Source: Mobula birostris
Lineage: Eukaryota
Reading direction: 5' to 3'
NCBI RefSeq assembly: GCF_030028105.1
Contig: NC_092373.1
Span: forward strand, 89,095,288-89,159,287
DNA: 64,000 nucleotides
The notes beneath the pieces were generated by a model. That model was not told where the DNA came from and did no database searches. It was given only the letters and a program-made list of their open reading frames with translations. Below are positions 24,853 to 37,052 of this stretch, in pieces (position 1 is the first letter of the stretch; each line of letters starts with the position of its first letter). A program made the translations under genes and the position numbers.

Positions 24853-25703
24853 ATGGTTTCTACAGAAAATCCCACCTTAAACAATGAGTTTAAACACTTG
24901 GGCCAAGTTGAGATATAAAACAATGAGGAGAAAAAAAGGAAATGGTTTCAAGTTGTGGGACTGACTGACTTTGTTCCTCCAGTATAGGCATCAACTTCAG
25001 TTGGCAGCCATTCCACTACGTCCTCACCCTGCCCTCTAATCCTTCTGCTTCTCCAGCACTGTTGCTTCCTTTAATGCCTCTCTAAATCCCAGATTTCTGG
25101 AGCATTATTTTATATTGCCAAGTGTTTATGCATCTCATTTACTCCGATAACACTCCTGCAAAGTGCCTTGCCTATTTCTACAACATTAAGGCTGCAATAT
25201 GAATGTAAGTTACTGCTGCTGTTGGTAAAATGACTGTCAAAATGCGGGCCGTGCTGTTTGTAAATAAGATTTGTTTGCTCTCTTATTCCTGGTCGGAAGT
25301 ACTCAAGGGATTTATTTTGACTTTGGCTTACATTGGTTCATAGTACTGGAGGTCAACTTTATCTACCAGCTTAGCAGTTCAATTGGTTGTATTACATAAA
25401 ATGGTTCCTCCCAAGGAAATGCTTGGATTTAGATGTCTGTCTTAAGTTTTGTTACGTGCCCCTGACCTGACTTTACTGCTTTTCGGTGAAAGCTTACTTC
25501 GTATAGAATGAACAGGCCTTTCAGCTCATTATGTCCAGGCTGCCCTTGAATACCATCAGCACTAATCCCACGTACTGCCGTTTGACTCGTAGCTTTCTGT
25601 GCCTTGGCAATTCTTAAACGTACCAGAGTCCCTGGCTCCGCAGCCTCCTCAACAAGTGTGTTCCAGATTTCAGCCATCCTCAGAATCCCTGTAAACATAC
25701 TGA

Positions 25704-26184
25704 TGCTCTGACTGTGATCAAAGTCACCACAGAGGCTGGTGATATAGACAGATTTATTCAGCACAACAAGTAGGCATCATTGGAGGCACTCTCAGGAGAG
25801 GCTCCCTGACCCAATATTACTTGGCATTTTTATATGCTAAAGATCAAAGTTAACAGCGGGATAATCCTAGAGTTACAAAGTATCCACAATGCTTCCTTTA
25901 AATTGCATATAATTTTCAAGCACCCAGGTCTTCACACCAATAGTCCAGGTACCGTAGATTGAATGTTAATCACCGCTGTCTCTGAGCTGCATTCATGCAT
26001 ATGCCAACATCTCAGGTCAATGGGTGTTTCTTGGTTTGCAATCGATCCCAGTCTGCAGCTCCAAGAACACCATACTTCTGAGCTCCATTTTGAACTCAAT
26101 CTACAATCCACACACAGGTCTGAGGACTGTTGCTGTTAAAATTAATGTTTGTTATATTCCATAACTCCAGAGTACACCCTAACA
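25704..26184 (-). mobile_element. Probable solo LTR (~480 bp)
   Basis: TG...CA flanked by ACTGA (25699-25703, 26185-26189); minus-strand TATAAA (~25828-25833) upstream of AATAAA (~25754-25759); alternative left end at 25715 with a 4-bp ACTG TSD. Confidence 0.55.
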
Positions 26185-27376
26185 ACTGAATCTCTGTAGG
26201 CCAATGCCCTTTTGTTTTAGACCTTTCTGCTGCAGAGGAAAAGGGTATACCTATCTGCTTTATGTTCCATGCTTTTCCTTGGTGCTGCTTTACAGGTCAT
26301 CAGATAGATTGTCTTGTTAGTCTTTAAGTGATTGATGTAGCTGTTTCCAGACACATTATCCATCACCTCACTTTGCCATAGCGCATTTGCAATTAGCTCT
26401 CCTGCATCCATTAACAATTAATTGCCTCTTTGATGGAATCTCTTTTACACCAGTGTCCCTCAGCTAGGATCTGAAAGGAACATCGGAATTTCAGGGAGAT
26501 CGAGGGTGGATCAGGATTGCAAGAATAGAGCAAATCTCTCAGCCCCTAGAACAAGTTGAGGCAGTGGCACAGGGGAGATGGGCTTAGGGTGAAAGTTAGA
26601 GAGAGAACACAACAGAATCAGGGAACGAGCTTCAGATATCTGAATAAAGTCATCACATCATCTCAAAAGATTTGTATAATTTGTTCAGACCAAACTGAAA
26701 GATAAAACAGAGGAAGAAAACATGAGAAAATGAGGAATCTGACTGGTGTTGCTAAGGTCCTACTCTGGGATCTAGAGTTTCCAGAAGGAAGATTAGCTTC
26801 CGTCTCTAAAGCTTGCCTGTCAGCGTGTTTGGTACAAATAACTTCACTGCCTGTAGACTTGACCACCATAACTCATATCCCCACCTCCAGTCCAATCCAA
26901 TCACCCATCACCCCAGAACTGACTGATCCACATGCCCAGGATTTTAAAACTCCCAGGTGTTCCAGAGGCTTTCCAGTCCTGATGAAGAGTCATGCTCCGA
27001 AGCATCAAATGTTTGTTCTTTTCTACAGATGCTGCCTGGCATGAAAGCCAAGTCTGCAGACAAAATTGGTGAACACAGCTCATCTTCTGTCCCATCTTTT
27101 TCATATCTTTGCAATAGGTTAATACTGAGTTGCATTTGAAGTCAGGTAATCTTCTCCAGCCTTGGAAATTGAGGTTTTTACTTCTCTGGCCTCTTGCCCA
27201 CCCTGTGCTGCACCTAACTGGAGTAGTTATCATAGGGTGTTTTCCATATTGCTCGGCATTGTGGGAGAGTTTGCTGTCCATGGTTTTGTAAGCACATCAT
27301 GCCCAATGTTACCAATCTAGTTGCCTGTATATCTATTTGTAAGCTAAGTATGTTTGATTATCTGTTTCTTTGCCAG

Positions 27377-27508
27377 GTTCTGCAGGGGTGTGGTAACCTC
27401 AAATCTGTGGCCAGACGTTCAGTGGAAGATGATGGAAGAAAACGTGGGAAGCCATATGGAACTGAGGAGAAGCCGGTTGGATCAGTCAGTCTGCCAATGG
27501 ATAGACTG
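27377..27508 (+). CDS. GPC1: Glypican-1, internal exon (exon 6 equivalent), 132 nt
   Basis: tgtttctttgccag|...|gtgagt; VLQGCGNLKSVARRSVEDDGRKRGKPYGTEEKPVGSVSLPMDRL. Confidence 0.93.
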
Positions 27509-27589
27509 GTGAGTACTGGTAACTCCCAGTTTCAAGGATCACATTCATGCAAGATGTTGCCAATGAACCTCGGCGACATCCTGCAGAAT

Positions 27590-29312
27590 GATTACAAAAC
27601 TTCTAAATATACCTCTTTTGAATTACTCTCACTGCAATCTGCAGCACGTAATTTCCCTTTAAGCAATGTACTTTTGAACTGGCTTAATGAACTACAGATT
27701 TCACGATCTTCTGTGGACTTGGCAGACTTAACTCTCAAACTACCAGCTTCATCACCATGGTGAGGGTTGGTGGTGGGGGGTGGTCTCCAAGCCCGCCTGA
27801 AACACAGTGGAGTATGACCCCTTTTACCCAGCATCTTGTTAGCAAATGTGCAGTCGCTGGAGAACAAGATTGCTGTACTGGAGGGAAATGGGGAATTGTT
27901 GTGTTCTTTCTTTTACCGAGACATGGGCACGTCAAGTTTGGTGATTAGACCTGAAGGCTTCTCAATACACAAGACAGACCAAACTGCTGATTCAGAAAAG
28001 GCAAAAGGTGGGACTGTGTGTTTCACGATAAACTCTCTGTGGTGCTCCGAAGTGGCATTTTTGTTTACTAATGCTCTCCCAAACTGGAACACCTAATGAT
28101 CAAGTGCCAGCCGTCCTATTTACCAGGAAGAGTTCTCTTCCATGAGTCTGACCACCGTTTACATACCACCAACAGCCGACTCTAATCAAGCACTTGAGAT
28201 ACTGCATGCTGCCATCAACAAATGAGAAACAGCCCATCCCAATGCATTTCAAATCAGTCAGAGACTTCAATAAGGCTTGTTTTAAGAAATCTCTGCCTAA
28301 TTCCCATCAGCATATGACCTGTTGCGTCAGAGGTCCCAACACACCAGATCACTGCTATACTACAATCAGGAATGCCTACCATTTCATTCCAGACCACATT
28401 TTGGGAAATCTGATCACTTGGCTGACCTTCTCCTACCTGCGTACAGGCAGAAGCTAAAGAGCAAAGTTTCAGTGATAAGGACAATAAAGACTGGTTGTGA
28501 GAGGCAGACGAGCAATGATGGGATTGATTTGAGTTGGTGGACTTGGCCTTGTTCAAGGACTCAACAGAGGATCTGAATGAATACACAATGGTTGTCACAG
28601 ACTTTATAAAAACAGTCATAGACGAGTGTGACCCCACAAAATCTTTCAGGGTCTCCCCCATCTAGATGCCCTGGATGAACCACGAGTTGCGCAAACTGCT
28701 AAGGACCAGATCAGAGATGTTCAGGTCCAGCAGACAAGTAAGGTACGGATCTATGGAAACCCATCTCATAGACGAAGTGGCAATCCCAGACTAAACTTGA
28801 ATCAGTGAAGGATGCTCGACAGCAGTGGCAGGGCTTGAATGCTATCACCTCTTACAAAGTTAAATCAAGTGACATAGGTGACAACAAGCCTTTGCTCCCA
28901 GGTGAGCTCAATGCCTTCTATGCTCGCTTTAACCAACAAAACATTGAGCCTCAGGACTCACACCGCCAGGTTTAGGAACAGTTATTACCCCTCAACCATC
29001 AGGTTCTTGAACCAGAGGGGATAACTTCACTCAGTTTCACTTGCCCCATCATTAAACTCTTCCCACAATCTATGAACTCACTTTCAAGGACTCTTTATCT
29101 CATGTTTTCAATATTTATTGCATATTTATTTTTTTTTTGTATTTGCACAATTAGTTGTCTTTTGCACGTTGGGTGTCCACCCTGTTGGGTGCAGTCTTTC
29201 ACTGATTCTGTTTTGGTTCTTGGATTTTTTGAGCATGCCCACTGGAAATGAACCTCAGGGTTGTATATGGTGACGTATATGTACTTTGATAATAAATTTG
29301 CTTTGAACTTTG
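27590..29312 (+). mobile_element. Rex1/Babar-type LINE with endonuclease region and 3' tail but lacking the RT domain
   Basis: LANVQSLENKI, PEGFSIH, RPHFGKSDHL..LLPAYRQKLK, ELNAFYARF, then a jump at ~28950 to the 3' end and TTTGAACTTTG tail. Confidence 0.8.
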
Positions 29313-29459
29313 ATGAATATTGCTATTGCTGATGGGTAGCAGCATTGTAGAAGCCAATAGTACACACTCACTTTCCTTCAGGAGCCATTCGATCACGAGT
29401 GTAGATTATTAGTGAGTGCTTTTCTCAGCACTTCACCAGCACCAGTAGTGCCGCCTCAC

Positions 29460-30410
29460 CTGGTCATAGAATTATACATCATGGGATCAGGCCCTTCTGC
29501 CCATCTGCTGTGTACTTTCCAAGATTCACATCTCAACTGATCCTATTTGCCTGCATTTGGCCCATATCCCTCCAGATCTTTTCTCACTCTGTATTAGCCC
29601 AAGTAACCTTTTAAATGTTTTTTGAGATACACCGCCGATTCGGCCACAGCGCCTAACAATCCCCTGATTTAATCCTAGCCTATTCATGGGGTAATTTACA
29701 ACGACCAATTAAGCTACCGGCTGGTATATCTTTGGACTGTGGGAGGAAACCAGAGCACTGGGAGGAAACCCATGCAGTCATGGGGAGAACATACAAACTT
29801 CTTACAAGCAGTAGCAGGAATTGAACCCTGTACAGTAAAGCGTTGCGCTAAGCACGATGCTACCATGCCGCATGTAATTGTACCTGCCTCAACCAGTTCC
29901 ATATTCAGATCATACTCTGAGTGAAAACTTTGGCCTTCAGGTTCCTATTAAATCTACCCCCTCTCACCTTCAGCTGATATCCAGTAGTGTCTTAATTCCC
30001 ACTGTGACATTTCAGCTGATTTATATCCCTTATAATTTTATAATCTTCTGTAAGCTTCACATTCTCATTTTCCTTCATTCATAAAATCATTGTCGTATAG
30101 CATTACAGCACAGAAACAGGCCCTTTGGCCCATCTAGTCCAGGTGGACCTATTATTCTGCCTTGTCCCATTGGCCTGCACCCAGACCATAGCCATCCATA
30201 TCCCTCCCACCCATGTAGTTATCCAAACTTCCCTTAAACATTGAAACTGAATCTGCATCCACTACTTCTGCTGGCAGCTTGTTCCACACTCTCACTGCCT
30301 GATTGAGGAAGGAAGTTCCCCCGCATACTCCTTGAATTCCAAAGAATAAAGTCCTAGCAAACACAACTCAGTCCACCAAGTCCTGGCAAAATATTTGGAA
30401 GTCTATTCTG
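29460..30410 (-). mobile_element. Cluster of nested CR1 3' tails and a V-SINE (~29630-29865)
   Basis: RVWNKLPAEVVDADS..FKGSLD.YM (CR1); GGGAGGAAACCAGAGCACTGGGAGGAAACCCATGC (V-domain, reverse). Confidence 0.7.
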
Positions 30411-31015
30411 CACCATGGTCTGAAGGGTTAAGTATCGAACTGCACAGTGTATTTAATATCACAGTTCACTTTCAACCATCATTAGAGAAGTGGTGAGAGA
30501 TGCGGTGTTACAGTACAGTGTTCTGAGGCACCTTCACTCCAAAGCCACGTAACATAACTTATTGCAAAGGTATGAAAAATATAGATCAGCAGAGTCCACC
30601 AGGTATGCCATGTTGTGAACAAGCAGCATTGCATCCGATAAATCCTCTCACACCTCAAGTACTCCTTGGATCAAAGTCAAATTTCAGTATACTGTTGTAT
30701 GCACAAGTACAGTGGAGACCTTACTTGCAGCAATTCCACAAGTATGTAGCATGATACACAGTCTGCCAGTCTCAGGGGGCATCCAGAGAGCCAGTGGGCA
30801 CTGCAAGCTCGTTCTCCAGAGACACCTCGGCACAAGTACATCCTTGGAAGCGGGGAAAACAGCCAACTGGAGCAGAACTGCTGCCAGGTCCAAAATCAGA
30901 CCAGTGAGAAGGTTTCTCCAACCAATGCGTTGAAGAGACTATGCAAACTTAGGGTTTGAAACTCGCGGTGGTGGGGACTCTGCTTGAGGTACCATAACGA
31001 CTGGCATCTTTCCAG

Positions 31016-31149
31016 GTTACTGAAGTAAAGATGAAGCTGCGGGACATCAGAGAATTGTGGGTCACCTTGCCGAGCATCCTGTGCAGCGAGAAGGTGACTG
31101 CAGGCTTGGCCAATGAGGACAGGTGCTGGAATGGACAGAGCAGAGGGAG
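31016..31149 (+). CDS. GPC1: Glypican-1, internal exon (exon 7 equivalent), 134 nt; absent from the ORF track
   Basis: gcatctttccag|...|gtaaga; VTEVKMKLRDIRELWVTLPSILCSEKVTAGLANEDRCWNGQSRG(R), with conserved LP..LC and CWNG motifs. Confidence 0.96.
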
Positions 31150-31359
31150 GTAAGATATTCTTCATGGAGTCTTAACAGGAAAAACCTGTCTCCGCCTCTG
31201 TAAAATGCATCACTTAGTTTGTAGCATTGGGTGTTTACCTTAATTTAACTAGATATGGGAAAGAATTGAAGGAGCATTTCGTCGTTATGTTTCCCTACTC
31301 ATCTTGTAACATTTGATGGCATTCTGGTAGACAGTCAGGCAGCAGGGAAACATGTTATT

Positions 31360-31605
31360 CAGCCACCAGGTCTGTAAAGAGCATCGAACACCCAATTACA
31401 TTAAACTCATTTTACCCTCCCCACAATCCCAACTCTCCCTAGATACTATCAACACACCAAGGGCAATTCACAGTGGCCAACCTGCAAATCTTTGGGATGT
31501 GGGAGAAATCAGGAGTACCTGGAAGAGACGCATGTGGTGACAATGACAGCTTGCCAACCCTACTCAGACAGCTTCGGAGGCCAGGCTTGAACCTGGGACA
31601 CTGGA
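31360..31605 (-). mobile_element. HE1-like V-SINE
   Basis: TCTTTGGGATGTGGGAGAAATCAGGAGTACCTGGAAGAGAC...TTGAACCTGGG. Confidence 0.65.
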
Positions 31606-32040
31606 AGATCTCTCAGATGGGATCTCTCAGCATGGCCATGGGAGAGCCACAAGATGCAGAAAGAAGCTGGATAATAGTAGAATGAGCAGATATGCTGGCG
31701 AGAGCAAAACCATTGAATGTCGTGAGGCAAATGTCAACAATTCCTTAAAAATTCAGTTAGCTCCTGATATTAGTATTAATGCAAAATGTCAACACAGTAG
31801 TACTGACCCAAAGGTACTCTTTCATGCCTTAGGTATGTCTTAGTATAGACCAGGTCTTCATTTACAAAACTATATCACTATCTAGAGAGACCTGAATATC
31901 TTTGCTCTTAAATTCCAGAGAGTTATTATGCAGGTACAGGGATCTAATGGGAATGTAAATGATGCAGACAGAGAAACATAAACAAAGAAACCGTCTCCTC
32001 AGTCCTCTAAAGCTAAACCAACCACCCATGTACAATAATT

Positions 32041-32225
32041 CTACATTAACTCCCATGTTTTATTCTCTCTGCATTCAATGCTATTCTTGAAAGCCCTCAT
32101 GAATGAATGATATTGCAATGGTTTGCCATTGAAGATTTGAATCTCTCTTTTAGGCAGAGATGCATCGTGTTGTTGTTGCACCACTAAGCTTGCTATTTCC
32201 CTTGGCGTCCTTTTGGCCTCCAATG
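32041..32225 (-). mobile_element. BEL/Pao LTR retrotransposon gag remnant
   Basis: LVVQQQHDASLPKREIQIFNGKPLQYHSFMRAFKNSIE, matching the BEL/Pao gag LP...I..F.G.PL.Y..F..AF motif. Confidence 0.7.
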
Positions 32226-35200
32226 CATTGTTCAGACTTTATCGTCTGAAACACAAGTGTCACCATACAGCAAATTACTGTCCTCAGAAGTACCTTGTGC
32301 TATTGGATATGGCATAGGTTCAGAGTGCCTCCTCAGTGCAGGCTGAGAGTGAACACCCTGAACAATCCCTTGGAGTCTGAACTCGTGGCTCATAGACATT
32401 TGAGGAACAACTTTGATACCCAGGGCATTTTAACACATATTTGGGATATGAGAGGAAATTGGTGCATCTGGAGCAATCCAACATGGTCACAGGGAGAACA
32501 TGCAAACTCTGCACAGAAAGTATCCTTGGTCACGATTATACCAAAGTCTCTGGAACCACAAGACAGTGAATCCACCAGCTGCACTCCAGATGTAGGAAAG
32601 GCCAATTTCATTGATACAGGGCCAAAGGCAACCTCAATGGGGTGGTGGGGGTGTGGGAACAGGTTGACTTTTGATCTTTTTGCCAACAGAATGATGTGAT
32701 TTTATTCATGGATAGGAAATGAAGGCCTCAATAGACAGAGTTCTGGGGTGGAGGACTATCCTTGTGCAGACAACACCCATGATGCCAAGATTTTAGAATA
32801 ATGGAAAATGATCTCGTTGACATGTATAAGATTCCTCAGGGATTTGACAGCATTATTTCTTAATTAATGATTCAAGAACATGAGGATTACAGGTTTAGGA
32901 TAATCCTGAATGTACTGCGATGGAGAGACGTCCTATACTCAGAACCTTTGAGCCTTTGGACATCTTAGCCTAAGAATTATGGATGCTCACTCATTCAGTT
33001 TCTTCAAGGCAAGACTGATGAGTTTTTGACTGCCAAATGAATGAAGAGGTCTGGGAGTGGTGTGGAATGGCAGGGAGATCCATGTATAACCTATCAAATG
33101 GTCTTTCCAGTTGGTGGAATAAATAAGCTGATCCCACTGTGTTCTGCAAGCTTAAGATGAAAGTGGCCACATATTCACCAAATTCCTGCCTCACTTCACA
33201 GTTTTGAGACTTCATTGTGCCAGCTGTGAGCCTTGAGATCAGAAGCAGACCATTCCATGGATTAGGTCACAGCAGGTGTGGACTTCAGCTTCATCTCCCT
33301 GCCTTTGCTCCATTCCAAACAAGGCACCGAATCCTCCCCTAAGTGACCCTCAGGGGCTGTGCATCTTGGCCAGTGTTTGATACTCTCAAGTTCTGGAAAA
33401 GTAATTCCCAGTTGAGGTAGAGTCTTAAATGGCAGATATAGGCTTTTAGTGGGGTTGAGAATCAATACTGTAATCAATCAGCATTTAAGTTGTTTTTGCT
33501 TTTATGCTTGGGCTGCAAAAACTGGGCAGCAAAAGCTGTTCTGCACTTGTTGTCTGACTAAATCAATGGCCCTTGAGGGAATTAGCATCAAAGATGTTCA
33601 GTAGTTTCAGAGGACTTTATAGGCTGTCATGGAGTACTTAGCAAATGGAAACCTGACACTGAATTTCCAAGGCAGATTGCTGGACAATGTGAGCCTATAG
33701 GGAGTCTCTCCTGTAGATTCGGGGATGCTTGGGCAATGTTATTTTTAACGTAGACTTAGCAATGTTAGCTTGGGGTAATTTTGTTCAGAAGTTCGAGTAC
33801 GGTCTAACGGTGCGCTAGATGGACGTAGCAAAAGGGTGTGAGTGACATCTCATTCAGTGACTCTACCTATCCTCAGGCAGGTTCAGCTCAGAACTAAAGT
33901 ACTGTTGACCTGAAACATTGACTCTGTTTCTCACTCCACTGACGCTGCCTGGCCTGCTGAGTATTCCTGGCATTTCTGGGCGGAAGACACAAAAGCCAGA
34001 AAGCATATGCCAACAGCTCAAGAACAGTTTCAGTCCTGCTTTTATAAGACTTTTGAATGGTCCCCTAGTATAAGAACATGGATTCTTGACCTCATTATGA
34101 CCTTGCACCTTATTGTCTACATACACTGCACTTGCTTCATAACTGTATCACTTTATTTAGTGTTACGTTATTGTTTTACCTTGCGCTTCACAATACACTA
34201 TAGTAATGGACTGATCCGCATGTTCGGTATGCGGGGCAAGTTGCTCACTGTACCTTGGTACATGTGACAATAATGAACAAACTTACCAATTTACAGGTTT
34301 TTATTCAGGTTGGAGCCAGGTCAGTGAGGAGCACTGAGGTCTGCTTTACAATTGCATGGCATATCAAATATTTCATTATGCAATTTGTTTTTGAAGTAAT
34401 CACTTTGGATAGAATGTTTCATTGTATTATCCCCTAGGTGCGAAAGACAGCCTTTGTCCCTGACAGGACAAGTTTGAACATGATCTCCAGAAAGAAATGA
34501 TTCTTTTGATGATGTGTCTTCCTTCTCTTTCTGGTATTTCTAATATTTACACCACCACTAATCATGTACAAGAGGTATATCTTCATTCTCCCACTTCCCA
34601 GTGAAGGAAATTCATCCCTTTGTAAAGGGAAATTTAAAAAAAACTGCAGATGCTGGAATTCTGAAGTAAAATAAAGATCTGAAACACTCAGTAAGTCAGA
34701 CAACATGTATGGAAAGAGAAAATAGCATCAACATTTCAGGTTGAGTCCCTTCAGCAGAGAATACTCATTGTATGCATTATTAGATTTTTGGGGTCTGCTT
34801 TACTTAACTAATTAGATTAGATTGTGAGGACACGCAGTCCCCTTTTACTGTCATTTAGTAATGCATGCATTAAGATATGATACAATTTGCTTCAACTCAC
34901 TTTCCCTGAAGCTGCCATTTGTGGACTGCCAGCTCTTTGGTCTTATCTGGCTTGTTTGCTTGTTTTGGGATTTATTTCTATGCCATTGATATCAGACTTT
35001 TGGTTGAACCTAAAAGTTGAACACCCGTCACTCTCCCTTCTTCCCTCTCCTGTCTGGCAGAAAATCGCGGACCAACAGACTCAAGGACAGCTTCTATCCC
35101 ACTGTTATTAGACTCTTGAACTGTCCTCTCATATGCTAAAAGATGAACTCTTGACCTCTTGATCTCCCAATCTTCTTTGTCGTGGCTTTTCCTCTTTATC

Positions 35201-36728
35201 TTTCTACCAGCACTGCACTTTTGTTGTAACAATTCATTCTGCATTCTGTTTTCCTTTGGTACTAGCTTGATGTTCTTGGGTATTATGGAATGATCTGTCT
35301 GAATGTCTTCCTCCAAAGCTTTTCACTGCATCCCAGTACACATTGACACCAAAAAAGTGATACCGGTATTCCCTTTCCTATCCTCCCCTGGCAAACAGCC
35401 AAGAGCCTGTCCCGTCAGGCAAGGTGCCCCTGCCTTCCATACGGTAGTTGGAGCAGTCCTTTCAAATGGTGTTAAAATTCGTTGATTAATGAGTTTACAT
35501 TTGAAGTGAACATGGCAGTGTAAACGAGAGTAGGTTCCCACTGTGTGAGTTAGTAATGATAGATATAGATCTTCACCCTATCATTTCTTGAAACATTTTT
35601 CTTCATCAGGAGTAAGTGAGGAGTCTTGTTACTTACAACTGCAAAGCATAGGATTGCAGCGTTACAAGACGACTGGCCCAATTCTCCTCGGACAGTCAAA
35701 ACAGTCCAGAGTTCATAAAGTCATAGAGCACAGAAACAGGCCCATCAGCCCTCCAAGTTCACACCAACCATCAAGGACCCATCCCTTTTTACTCTTCCTG
35801 TGTCCCCATCAACTCCTCCAAATTTTACCACGCACCAATTTGCCAGGGCCGTTTACAGCAGCCAATTAGTCTACCAACCAGCATATCTTCAGGTTGTGGA
35901 GACATCCACACAGTCACAGAGGAAACATGCAGGTTCCACACAGACGATTGAACCTGAATCACTGGAGCTGAGAGTAGAGACTCTACCAGCTGTGCAGCCC
36001 TTTCATGTGACATCTGTCTTGTACTGGATGGTTATCCCACATTCTGAGGTCCATGAGTAGGCCTAGTACCAAAAAAGATGGGTGCCCCTGTTCATTGTCC
36101 CTCTCAGGTAAATTTAGACGTATAAAGAAAAAAAAAAAACAGCCTTTTGAAAGGCTCATGGCATTCCCAACGAGGAATAGGGTGATGTTTCATGGATGAA
36201 TCCATCACAAGATGCACAACACCCTTCAGGGTTATTCAAATACACAACACTGACTTCGTTAGGGAATAATAAATAGACTTTCTAAATCAGCTTAACTGAG
36301 GCCATTTTTTTTCTCATTGAACATTACCTTGAGAAATTACCCAAAGGAGTATTGCAGCTTTAAGTAATAGGAAGATGTTTTATTTCTTTTTACAACATAT
36401 AATGGAAATTTATCATTGGAGTAGATTTCTAAATAAAAATCAAGCATTGGCAGGCTGGAAGAGGACTCAGAGCTATTAAGTGAAATATTTGATTACACAA
36501 TCTACATATATTTCAACTCTGGTGCTATTTATCATTCCTAAAATTTAGTTCCCCACCGTGAACTTCAACATGCATAACATGCATTATTCTGCTGTTGCAC
36601 AGCACCCAATCACATACATACACTGCACCCTGGTTGCAATTATGTGACTAGTTAATGAGACAATGTGAACACCAAGTGCAGCAGTGCAAGTGAAGAGCTG
36701 TTGTGGATTTGTGAGTGCGATTAATTTA

Positions 36729-36730
<2 letters not shown>

Positions 36731-36760
<30 letters not shown>
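36731..36760 (+). repeat. (GT)15 microsatellite
   Basis: Directly visible. Confidence 0.95.
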
Positions 36761-36763
<3 letters not shown>

Positions 36764-37019
36764 AGATGTGCGGTGTACAAAATGTACTGCACTTACTTGC
36801 CCAGACTACACCCACAGCTTCTTTGTTACCTACGATTCATCTTGCCAGCAAGGTGCAAGGGCATACCACCACCCGCAGGTCCCCCTCCCAGTTTTGGTCA
36901 GGTCCAAATTCTGAAACTCCGTGCAGAATGACTGCAGTGGTTCAAGAAGATGGCTCACGCTTACCTTTTGCAAGGGCAAATCGGCTGGGCAATAGATGCT
37001 AGATGTTCAGTGAAGGGAA

Positions 37020-37051
<32 letters not shown>
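37020..37051 (+). repeat. Compound (GT)n(GA)n microsatellite
   Basis: Directly visible. Confidence 0.9.

Positions 37052-37052
<1 letters not shown>

Noticed and set aside
27377-27508. Canonical furin site in exon 6 (ARRS, GRKRGK) or in the stalk (GRRRS)
   Set aside because: Basic clusters are present but none fits R-X-K/R-R, so convertase cleavage is not supported.
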